Assembly (NCBI RefSeq): GCF_006345805.1
Contig: NW_021833458.1
Span: 1-64,000 of the forward strand
Source: Octopus sinensis
Taxonomy: Eukaryota
DNA length: 64,000 nucleotides
Direction: 5' to 3'
The translations under genes were made by a program, and so were the position numbers. Shown in pieces: positions 53,948 to 64,000 of this stretch (position 1 is the stretch's first letter; the number at the start of each line of letters is the position of its first letter). Below the pieces are notes generated by a model that saw nothing but the letters and a program-made list of their open reading frames with translations, made no database searches and was not told where the DNA came from.

Positions 53948-54583
53948 CCTCCACCTTTTGAGCTTTTAAATCCTGAATTAATCAATTTTATTTCCTCTGT
54001 GAGAAACCGGCATATCTTTTTTCTCTTAGCGTTAATTTCCATCATTTCTGTAGATTTTCTCTTCCTGTTCGACCTACGTGTCAGTTCTGCTTTTGCTTGT
54101 GGTTCTGGGTCCTCGAACACTTTTTCTTGTGGTTCTGGGAACTGGAACAAATCATACCATAAATCTATTCTTCTCGTCTCTCTTGGTTTTTGGTATATCT
54201 TTTTTTAATTGGTTTAAATCCATTCTGTGTTCATATTTTGGTCCTTTTACCATGTACATCACGTTACCCAGACGTCCAGTTACACTTCCTTCTTCCCTGT
54301 CCTGTTTTCTGTTACTATATATTTTAAAATACTCTTTGTCACCTGTATTTTTAAAAAATTCATTTTTCTTCCCTATTTTCTGCTCGGCAACCATTTGTCA
54401 GAAATAAAACGATAAAGATAAAACAGGTTTTAACTTTAAAGGGGCAATCTTTCCTCAAATGTCGATCTCCGCAACCGTAGCACTGTTTTGAATTAAAATT
54501 TTTCCTTCTTTCTGTACTCTCTTTACACATTTGTACATTATTATTCTTGTCTTCTGTCTTTCTTGTTTCATCGTGGAGGTCTA

Positions 54584-55264
54584 TTATTTGTTGACATTCC
54601 TAAGCCACATTCTGCAAATGAGTTTCACATCTTGATTCAACTTTGATAAAATTCTTTTTCTAATTTCCGCGTCTTCCGTTGCCACTAGCCGTTTAACGAA
54701 TATTAAGTACTTGAACATATCTGGCGTTAATTCTTCCAGCTTAAACATTTCGCTAGCCTTATTAACCATACCGGCATATGTTAAGATATCATCGGGCTCG
54801 TTTCTCTTTAAATTTAAACATTCCCATCGAATATTAAACAGCGAAAGTTTCTCGCTAAAAATATTAGTCAAAATATTTATCGTTTCATCAAAACACATTT
54901 CCGCGGGCATTCTCGGCAAAATAAAGTTACAAAATCTTTCGTGTTCCGGATTAGCAATATTTTGCAAAAGGAGCCTTACCTTCCTTTCACTAGGCCATCC
55001 TCTGCATTCCTCTCGGAATATGTCTTCGTATCGTCTGTAATATGCAGCAAACGTAATTTCTTCATCCGGATTGTAGTGAAATTCTTCGATGGAATTTGCA
55101 ACACCATCTGCTGAAAATGATTCTACCGTTTTTCTCGACTGCAGTAACAATTCTATTAAATTCTGTAGTTGTTGTTGCTGCTGCTGTTGTTGTTTTACAA
55201 CTGCTTTCAGTAACTCTTCCATTTCGGTACTATTCGAAACCACGTCACCACTGTTATATCGCAA
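54584..55264 (-). pseudogene. Gypsy gag N-terminal ORF (226 codons; true gag continues through a frameshift and a stop to CYGCGDRHLRKDC)
   Basis: SIEEFHYNPDEEITFAAYYRRYEDIF...KVRLLL...FCNFILP...FDETINILTNIF...SLFNIRWECL is characteristic of K02A2.6-like gag. Confidence 0.85.
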
Positions 55265-55295
55265 GACTACACAATGGCTGTGTGAGCTACGAATT

Positions 55296-55306
55296 CCTCG
55301 TCGCCA
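55296..55306 (-). promoter_or_regulatory. Primer-binding site TGGCGACGAGG (tRNA-Ser GCT-type); a second, mutated copy at 55352-55363
   Basis: Complementary to the ...CCUCGUCG-CCA 3' end of eukaryotic tRNA-Ser(GCU); lies within a 56-bp tandem duplication. Confidence 0.75.
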
Positions 55307-55363
55307 CTCTTATATCGCAATACTACACAGTGGCTGTGTGAGCTACGAAATCCTCGTCGCCCT

Positions 55364-55495
55364 CGTCATGTCGCACGTTCAGATGCCTTCTACTCAACTC
55401 GACTCCTCTCTACTCGTCTCTCATGTCTAAGCTTCTCCCAAGATATCTACATATTGGACTAGACTACTTCATCGTCTGGGGGCCTCCACAAAACA
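55364..55495 (-). repeat. 5' LTR
   Basis: Colinear with the 3' LTR with no indels but ~29 mismatches in 132 nt. Confidence 0.85.
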
Positions 55496-55520
55496 CTCTT
55501 GTGAACAGTTGATCGAATCA

Positions 55521-55718
55521 ATTTCTGTTTGTGTGTTTGTATGCATGTATGTGGGTTTCTATGTAATTATCTGCTGTGAGCTTCTTTCTTCATCGTTATG
55601 TTCTACTCTATCTATGCATATACATTTTCAAACACGTTTCTAGAAATACATCCATTAACTTAGAAGTGAAATTAGTTCTTCTCTTTGCACACAAGCCCAT
55701 CGACATACACATGCATTC
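55521..55718. repeat. ~198-bp direct repeat, copy 2
   Basis: See 49799-49996. Confidence 0.95.
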
Positions 55719-56269
55719 GTGTGTGTGCGTGCATGTGTGTGTGTGTATGTATTCTTCACTGCTTTCTTCTCTGTATCCAGTATTAGTTTTCCTACCGTTA
55801 TATTTTTCTTTTTACTCTTTGAGGAACATGTCAGACTCATTTCTTTTTCTAGCAATTTCTAACTTCAACCCCATCTCACAGACTCACGGACGCACAAATT
55901 TGTTTGCATGTATTCTGCTGTAAAAACAGAATAAAATAACAGAAAAACAAATTGAAAGAGCGAAGCATGTAAAAGAACTTTCCATGCGGCTCATTTTACG
56001 TAAGAAACTCATTATATATCTAACTACAACCATATGCTTCATATGACCTGAACGACGGAGAAAGATCTTTTTTCGGGTAATCTAGGAAGCAGAAGTTATG
56101 TGAAGAATTGCATCGCTGCTGAACCTTGCACATTACTGTGGACAAGGAGTCTTGTTTACAGATTTTGTGTAAATAAATTGTGTAGAAGCATGAAGTTATT
56201 TCAACATGCATGTTTGTACTCCAGTATAATATGGTGTAATTACTTGTACAGATTTATATATATATATAA

Positions 56270-56327
<58 letters not shown>

Positions 56328-56548
56328 ATTTATATATAGTGAGAGAGAGAGAGGGAAACATATATTTATTTGTATATATGTATCTATATTTATATTGATA
56401 TATATATATAAAAAAAAATATATATATATGCATATCCATCTCTCTCTCTCTCGCTATATATATATATATACCTATATATACATATGTATTTATATATATA
56501 TATTTGTATATATCAACATTTATATATATTTCTTTATATCTATCTATC

Positions 56549-56591
<43 letters not shown>

Positions 56592-56615
56592 CTAAATATA
56601 TATTATATATACATA

Positions 56616-56663
<48 letters not shown>

Positions 56664-56773
56664 TATATAAATTACACGTAGATAATAAAACGTAAGCTAT
56701 GTTATATACATTCAGACAGACACACATGTATGTATGTACATACGTATATCTATACATGCATGTGTGTATGTTT

Positions 56774-56780
<7 letters not shown>

Positions 56781-56860
<80 letters not shown>
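56781..56860. repeat. Pure (TG)40
   Basis: Directly visible. Confidence 0.95.
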
Positions 56861-56865
<5 letters not shown>

Positions 56866-57068
56866 TTACCCACTGGAATTATATCTTCAAGAGAAAATAA
56901 AACAATTGGAGATTCGAAAAAGTGGATAATTTCATCTCCAACAAGCTCGCACACGTGCCTAACATTCGCACAACATGATCATGTATATTCAGGTGTATGT
57001 GTATGTATATATATATATATGCAGAGAGAGAAAGTGAGAGTGATGCATAGATATTTAGATAGATGAAG

Positions 57069-57129
<61 letters not shown>

Positions 57130-57833
57130 AGATATGTGTGTGTGTATACACACACACGCACACGTGCACACACACACGCATATATATATATGTATGTATA
57201 TACATATATATGTGTGTGTGTGTATATATATATGTATATATATACATATATATACACACACACATATATATACACACATATATATATATACATATATATA
57301 TACACACACACATATATATATATACATGCATATATATATATACGTAGATAGATAGATAGATAGATAGATAGAGAGAGAGGGAGAGAGAGAGAGAGATGGG
57401 TAGTTAGATGGAGAAATATATGTATGAAAAGATATACATGTACGTGTCTATATATGTGTGTATGTGCGTGTGTGTTCCTGCGTGCGTGTGTGGCGTGTGC
57501 GGGTGTATGTGTATATCTATATATGTATGTATATGTGTGCAAATCGAGGGAGATATAGAGTAAGATAGAGAGAGATAGAAAGAGAGGGGGAAAAGAAGCC
57601 AGTTTTCACACATAGTATATTACCATACACAGTTGATACATATATTTTAGATGCGTGGATACGTTTGTATTGCTAACCAAGCTTGAATATCCAAGTAGAA
57701 TATAGTTAAAATTGAAGTTATATTCATATACAGAGTATAACTTTGTGCTTCATAATTCAAATAAATACGGTCTCTCTTTTTTTTCTCTCTCTCACTCTCT
57801 CTTTTTTCTGATGTCTTATCATTCTTCCAACAG

Positions 57834-57917
57834 ATCGTTCGTTGCAGAAGCAGCAGCTCTGGTACCCGAGTAGAGTAAAAAGTACAACAATTCAAAGAGT
57901 TGATGCCATTTTGAAAG
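57834..57917 (+). CDS. Candidate internal coding exon, phase 1/1, (D)RSLQKQQLWYPSRVKSTTIQRVDAILK(G); host gene unidentified
   Basis: Long polypyrimidine tract + CAG acceptor, AAG|GTAAGT donor, 84 nt, exactly one open frame. Confidence 0.45.
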
Positions 57918-58182
57918 GTAAGTAGCGAAAAAGTGTGAGCTTCCATTTCAGTGGGGCGTCAAATGAAATAAATTTCAACAGCTGTTATATGTGTGAATAT
58001 ACAGGGTAAATAATAGAAAAAAATAGGCCGCACAATGCGATAGTGTTTACGCATCTACAGGCTGCACCATCCCAGATGTGTAAGTAATACTTCACTGTTT
58101 TTCAAATGGTTTGGTGATTGGTGAATATTTCTACTGAGAAATGAATGTAGACTTTAAATTGCAGCTTTTTTTAGCTTATAAT

Positions 58183-58500
58183 ATTCAGGGGTGTTCAAAA
58201 AATTTCTCCGCAGTGAATTCTCTTCATCGTGCGCATGCGCAACTTGGTTATCCCTGCGTGGGTGGGCGGCCGGGTGTCAACCGTTGTCTTTTAGTCATTG
58301 TGTACCCTTCAGCGCGTCGACATGCTTACCATTGAAGAACGTACGTTTTTGGTTGAACGGGTGTTTCGAGCTGGAAAGAAATACACTCGATGGAACTTTA
58401 TCTCAGAACGTACAGCACCGGATTTTTTCCCTATGCCCTATGCAGTAATCCCTCGACTATCGCGGGTGCTATGTTCCAAAACGCCCCGTGATAAATGAAA
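58183..58500 (+). mobile_element. Collapsed Tc1/mariner remnant
   Basis: TA..CAGGGGTGTTCAAAA terminus-like start; MLTIEERTFLVERVFRAGKKYT (from 58322), then TAPDFF (58412-58429) and NPSTIA (58447-58464) in transposase order. Confidence 0.6.
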
Positions 58501-58579
58501 ATCTGCGAAGTAGGAACAGTACAGTATTTTTTATTTTTTTATTCAGCTCAGAGCTGCGGCCATGCTGATGCACCGCCGT

Positions 58580-58930
58580 TTGCTTTTCGTATGCAAGCCG
58601 GTGGGGCTCGCTCTGAGCACTCTAATTTTTTCACAGTGAACGTACCCACCGCCTCGGACACTCGGCGAAGAGCACGTTCGGAGGAACCGTGCGGGCCGAA
58701 ACGACCGGGAGGTGGACGCGCTACTACCGCAACGCGAACGGCGACTCCCGACGATGCGCCTGCCTCGTGGCTCCCGTGCGCGCAGCACCGACCTGCGCGA
58801 CGTGAAATCGGACGAAACGCGCGGGCGAAGACAAGGCAGGGCGGCGGCCGACGCGGCGGCCGACGCGGCGGCGATGCGCGCAGTGCTCCGCGGCCCGATT
58901 TGTTACAAATGCAAAACAACACCACGGAGG
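58580..58930. other. GC/CpG-rich island of unknown origin
   Basis: Roughly 70% GC by eye in a very AT-rich background; contains the 12-mer ggcggccgacgc in tandem. Confidence 0.8.
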
Positions 58931-59538
58931 AATCAACGTATGCTTAAATAATAAACCCTGATAGGTGAACCACGATATAGCTAGGAATTACTGTACTAAT
59001 AACGAAGAAAAATAAGCAGCGCAGTTCCAGATTTTGACCTAATTGTGTTCAAGATGTACACACACAAACACACATACACAAATACACACAGGCACACACA
59101 CACATAATAGAATAACAGCAGATCTGGTATTATGCGCTTGATCAAAATTTGGCGGGGCGAGAAAAATTGGTCAAGTTGGACTAATTACCCGAGAGGATTT
59201 TTAATTTAAAAAGCTCATAATGATAAACGACCTATTTGAGCACAGCAGGATTTGAACTCAGATAGCAAAGAACAAGAACAAAGAAGACGAATTACGCTGT
59301 TACACGTTACAACGATTCTGTTAAAATACCGCTCAAAACAACGACAACAGCTATAAGACGATGTATATTCTTTGAAGACTCTTACAACGGCATGAGCTTT
59401 TTGCGGAAGCTATATTTCTTTAAACATAATAAAGGTGTTTGTGTGTCGGAATATATATATGTGTGTGTGTGTGTACGTGTGTGTATGTATATATATATAT
59501 ATATAAATGTATAAATACCAGCCCTTTTTTTGACAGCC

Positions 59539-59589
59539 AGCTTCCTGATGATTTCATTTGAATGAAACAGTACTAGTCCTGTAGAAGCT
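59539..59589 (+). ncRNA. Near-canonical type I hammerhead ribozyme (predicted)
   Basis: Stem I AGCUUC/GAAGCU; CUGAUGA; weak stem II with U-U at 10.1-11.1; GAA; stem III ACAG/CUGU; GUA triplet; AATAAA downstream. Confidence 0.65.
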
Positions 59590-59676
59590 CCTTCTATAAA
59601 TAAAATAAATTAATTTACTCTGCTATGTATTGAGTACCTTATTTACTGTGGTTAACCCCCGACTCAACCCGGGACC

Positions 59677-59721
<45 letters not shown>

Positions 59722-60046
59722 CACATTATATCTACTCTAATTGCACCAAATCCAGAACTACTTAGCTCCCTTAAATATAATTTTTTTACTGGGGGATTAG
59801 TAGACCCGACACCGTTCACTGTCTGTGAACAGTAATTTTACGAAACCGGTGTACCTTTGAATCTCTTTTCCAATTCACAATAATGATTTTATTACTTTTA
59901 TTCCTACTTCAGTTCATCGAATTGTATCGTTACTTTTCCTTAAAAAATCCTTTACTTTTTTTGATTTCCAATGTGCATTTTAGCATTTTTCTTCTTATTT
60001 ACCCCTTACATTTCCACGTGTATTTTCTATTTTCTTTTTGTAACAT

Positions 60047-60206
60047 GTGGCTGTGTGGTAAGCAGCTTGCTTACCAACCAAATTGTTCCGGGTTCAGTCC
60101 CACTGCGTGGCACTTGGGCAGATGTCTTCTTCTATAGACTCGTGCCGACTAAAGCTTTCTGAGTGAATTCGGCTGACGGAAACTGATAGAATCGCGTCGT
60201 ATTATG

Positions 60207-60271
<65 letters not shown>

Positions 60272-60516
60272 TGTATGTATGTATGTGTTGTATGTGTGTG
60301 TATACGTTTGTGTGTCTGTGTTTGTCCCCCTAACACCGCTTGACAACCGATGCTGTTGTCTTTATGTTCCCGTAACTTAGCAGTTCGGCAAAAGAGACCG
60401 ATAGATTAAATACTAGGCTTACAAAGAATAAGTCCTGGGGTCGATTTGCTCGACTAAAAGGCGGTGCTCCAGCCTGGCCACATTCAAAATGACTGGAACA
60501 AGTAAAATAGTAAAAG
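60047..60516 (+). mobile_element. SINE family B, full length
   Basis: Head gtggctgtgtggtaagcagcttgc through tail acaagtaaaa. Confidence 0.9.
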
Positions 60517-60570
60517 TGTATATGATATATATATAGATATATATATTATTATATATATATATATATATAT

Positions 60571-60989
60571 AAACTACTGATCCATTCTTGTTACATTTTT
60601 CTTGGTTATATATATATATATATATACTAAGCAATAAGGGTTCAGCAACGATTGCCTTACCACATACCGAATTTAGAAATAGCAGTCAAAGGGTTATAGC
60701 TATTTCTTCTACTAAAAAGGGAGATCTCCTTTTTAGTAGAAGAAATAGCTATACCCTTTGACTGCTATTCTAAAATCGGTATGTGGTAAGGCAATTCGTT
60801 GCTGACCCTTATTGCTTAGTATTACTTAAATTTCCTCAAATGAGGCTTTTACATGCCGAAGACTACTTGGTGTAATTGATATTATTCCAAATAATTAATT
60901 TCACCCTTCATATTACGGATATATATATAGATATAATATATATATATATATATAAACTACTGATCCATTCTTGTTACATTTTTCTTGGT

Positions 60990-61040
<51 letters not shown>

Positions 61041-61070
61041 TATGATCCATTCTTGTTACATTTTTCTTGG

Positions 61071-61141
<71 letters not shown>

Positions 61142-61173
61142 CTGATCCATTCTTGTGTTACATTTTTTGATTT
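60571..61173. repeat. Four copies of a 37-bp core separated by (TA)n
   Basis: aaactactgatccattcttgttacatttttcttggtt at 60571, 60954, 61036 and 61136. Confidence 0.9.
60627..60819. mobile_element. Fully palindromic ~193-bp MITE with TA flanks
   Basis: TA|CTAAGCAATAAGGG...GAGATCTC...CCCTTATTGCTTAG|TA; arms pair along the whole length. Confidence 0.9.
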
Positions 61174-61177
61174 ATAT

Positions 61178-61225
<48 letters not shown>

Positions 61226-61766
61226 ATAGTAAACCGTTGCGCGTGTTTGATGAGTTTACGCCAAATAGGCACAAGTGATGCACTTTACATAAAGAAATAT
61301 CTCGAAATCTTTGGAAGCGAATCAAGATATTTCGCCGCTAGTGAGAAGATTGCGTATAAACATCAACAGTGAAAGGAGAACCATTTCCTTGGTGATATTC
61401 AATTTGTTTCTTCTCATAATTAACTGTTTCTTGCATAGCAGGCATTATTTCTATATTGTTGTTGTGCTAAACGGGATCGTGATAGATTTAAGAGGTGGTT
61501 TTTTCTTATCCTATATACAATTCAGTAATCGCATAAAACACATTTTTTAGATAGTTTAGTCAGCGATGAAAAGCTATTGTTCATGTCCAGAGCATTGGTG
61601 CCTAGTGTAAGGAAGAGAGGAGGTAATACTCAGGCTTGAAAGTCTAACCGCAATACTTGCAACAGAAGGACCTCTGTAAATGACATCCAAGTGTGAAGAA
61701 TGGGAGTTAAGTAGGGAAACGGTGTACCTCTCTGTCTTTAATCGTATAGTAAGGAGGTAAGATCCT

Positions 61767-61970
61767 ACTCCCTGCGATATGGCTTCAAATCCCACCGAAA
61801 TCAACTGTCTTAATCCTTTCAAGATCTATATAAAAATTACTAATTTTAGAGAGTTGGATTGGTGGGGCAGAGAAAGAGAGGATCGGAGAGAAAAACTTTT
61901 TTTTTTTGTTCAATACGTTCGCAAGTGTAATATCCGCACAGTCGATGGGCTTTCTTTGGTAATTTTGACA
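61767..61970 (+). mobile_element. Old SINE-like repeat, copy 1
   Basis: Homologous to 63656-63853; B-box-like ggcttcaaatccc followed by a decayed A-family core. Confidence 0.7.
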
Positions 61971-62671
61971 TTTTAGAATATTCTCCTCCCTTCCTGTTTT
62001 TGCTGGGAGAAGGGAGGAAAATATCCTAAAACCAGCTACCTAGCTAGAATGCAGACAGGACTCCATTGATCCCACACAAAGTTCAACATGGTCCCCTATT
62101 CAACCGGGTGACAGATTGAATATACCACTCAAGAAAATCATCTTGAACATAGAACTTGGAATGCTTAACATTAAAACAAATATGAGGAAGCATTGTGTCC
62201 TACGTTATTAGAATGGTGCCAATCCTCCATCCAGTATTGGTCCTGCCTTGGGTACTTTGGAAAGGAAAAGAAAGCCAAGTTTGTCACGACGGGATATGAA
62301 CACATGTCGTCGACATTCGGCATAAACACAACGAGGCATTCAATCTAATGCATCAAAGAAATATATCGATACGTTTGCTTACGATCCAAGAAAAGAAACA
62401 GTTCCTGCAATGGGCTTTCTTGGGTTTTCGACAAGTAGATTTCATTGAGAATCCCCAAGTTAAACCGAAAGAAACTCATACAAAATATTTGCAAGATGTG
62501 TCGCACTTTCAGTTCTAACTTGAAACTCGTCTGTTTCGAAATTTTCTTAAACATTTTCATGCTTACGCCCATTCTCACCGACGAGCAAAAACACATGGAT
62601 ACGAGAAAGGATCTAAGTCGTGGCTATACTGTCTTTTTGTACGTAATGAACTACAATGCTAAATATATACA

Positions 62672-62903
62672 GGGCGGCGAGCTGGCAGAAACGTTAGCAC
62701 CCCGGGCGAAATGCGTAGCCGTATTTCTACTGTCTTTACGACCTAAGTTCAAATTCCGCCAAGGTCGACTTTGCCTTTCATCCTGTCGGGGTCGATTAAA
62801 TAAGTACCAGTTACGCACTGGGGTCGAAATAATCGACTTAATCTGTTTGCCTGTCCTTGTTTGTCCTCTCTGTGTTTAGCCCCTTGCTGGTAGTAAAGAA
62901 ATA
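62672..62903 (+). mobile_element. SINE family A monomer with a 21-bp TSD
   Basis: gaactacaatgctaaatatat at 62648-62668 and 62904-62924. Confidence 0.95.
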
Positions 62904-62969
62904 GAACTACAATGCTAAATATATTCCTCATTAGTCAAAAGACTAGAATACGATTTCAAATAGATAATT

Positions 62970-63199
62970 TATTTTTAACTACCCACAAGGGGCTAAACAC
63001 AGAGAGGACAAAGAAGAACAGACAAACGGATTAAATCGATTACATCGACCCCAGTGTATAACTGGTACTTAGTTTATCTACCCCGAAAGGATGAAAGGCA
63101 AAGTCGACCTCGGCGGAATTTGAACTCAGAACGTAACGGCGGGCGAAATACGGCTACACATTTCGCCCTGCGTGCTAACGTTTTTGCTAGCTCGCCGCC
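62970..63199 (-). mobile_element. SINE family A monomer with a 17-bp TSD
   Basis: atttcaaa(t/c)agataatt at 62953-62969 and 63201-63217. Confidence 0.95.
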
Positions 63200-63655
63200 T
63201 ATTTCAAACAGATAATTGCAATGCTAATTATGCTTATCGGCTGTGTGGAAACTTCGTTCTCTAAATGCTCTCTTTGCCACTAATTTTGTAAGATTTTTAA
63301 TTAAATACGTATTGTTTACGGTTATTTAAGAATTACGTGTTTCGATTTTAGCTTAAATTAGGAAATGGTGGAATGTAAGCGACACCAGTAATCGACAGTT
63401 GCTTTAGGATTCACGTGCAGAAAGGTGGAAGAGAAGTATTATCTACATTCAACATGGTTTGAATACATCATGTGAAACCGGCGTAATTCACACGGCATGA
63501 TATTTTTAGTCACACTCTACGAAAAAAAGGTACTTCATAGCTTTTTTCTACATGAATGATAAATTTTAGTATTTTTCTAGCCTGGCAGGAATCAAAGTGG
63601 TGAATACGCAAAGTCTTTAGATTATAGGTTAGAATGTTAATTGGCATTTGTTCTG

Positions 63656-63853
63656 ACTCCCTGCGATGTGGCTTCAAATCCCACCAAATCAACTGCCTTC
63701 ATCCGTTAAAGGTCTATATAAAAATTACTAATTCATAGGGTTGGATTATTGGAGCAGATAAAGAGAAGGTCGGACAGAAAGACTTGTGCTTTCTTTTTTG
63801 GTTCAGTACGTTCTCAAGTGCAATAACGATGGGCTTTCCTTGGCAATCTTGCA
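63656..63853 (+). mobile_element. Old SINE-like repeat, copy 2
   Basis: See 61767-61970. Confidence 0.7.
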
Positions 63854-64000
63854 TAACAAAGCATACAAGTTTCCCCTTTCCACGATGTTGTAGGTAGAGG
63901 ATCTTGCATGCTGCTAAAAGGAATCTTACATTGCAGACACCTGCTCAACATTGGCCGACGGTGGTCCTCTGTAGCATGGAGGAATCAAATATCGAACTCG

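Larger units (their letters stand above)
53816..55495 (-). mobile_element. Internally deleted Ty3/Gypsy (K02A2.6-like) LTR retrotransposon
   Basis: Two 132-bp LTRs, PBS, PPT, gag, CCHC knuckle (54444-54482), then a jump to the post-integrase tail; protease, RT, RNase H and integrase core absent. Confidence 0.9.

Noticed and set aside
58495-58951. 150-aa and overlapping ORFs as genes
   Set aside because: High GC alone explains open frames on both strands; the 150-aa ORF crosses a SINE tail fragment; CYKC lacks the His/Cys needed for a zinc knuckle.
61984-62018. 10-bp stem tcctcccttc/gaagggagga
   Set aside because: Short purine/pyrimidine low-complexity hairpin with no associated element.

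Overview
Eukaryotic, very AT-rich, microsatellite-saturated DNA. The SINE families and repeat composition point to an octopus (Octopus sp.) intron or intergenic region; that species call is an inference. There is no complete protein-coding gene, rRNA, real tRNA gene or CRISPR array. Nearly all listed ORFs are artefacts of (TA)n, (CA)n, (TACA)n, (GAA)n, (GAT)n or satellite DNA. What the sequence does support: (1) about 20 copies or fragments of at least 4 tRNA-derived SINE families, including recurrent dimers, one chimera and two close inverted pairs. (2) Many Penelope-like element (PLE) ends carrying hammerhead-ribozyme folds: one fully canonical (36554-36618), one near-canonical (59539-59589), and several sharing non-canonical cores (CCGANGA or CUGUNGA). 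(3) Three non-autonomous Helitrons, a piggyBac MITE, several foldback/palindromic elements and a collapsed mariner. (4) An R4/Dong LINE remnant whose 3' half appears inverted in place, and an RTE 3' end encoding three C2H2 fingers. (5) A 3.7-kb 26-bp satellite joined to an internally deleted Ty3/Gypsy element with mismatched LTRs, the whole block bracketed by ~198-bp direct repeats. (6) One plausible 84-nt coding exon (57834-57917) and an anomalous GC/CpG-rich island (58580-58930). Coordinates were read by eye and may be off by a few bases.
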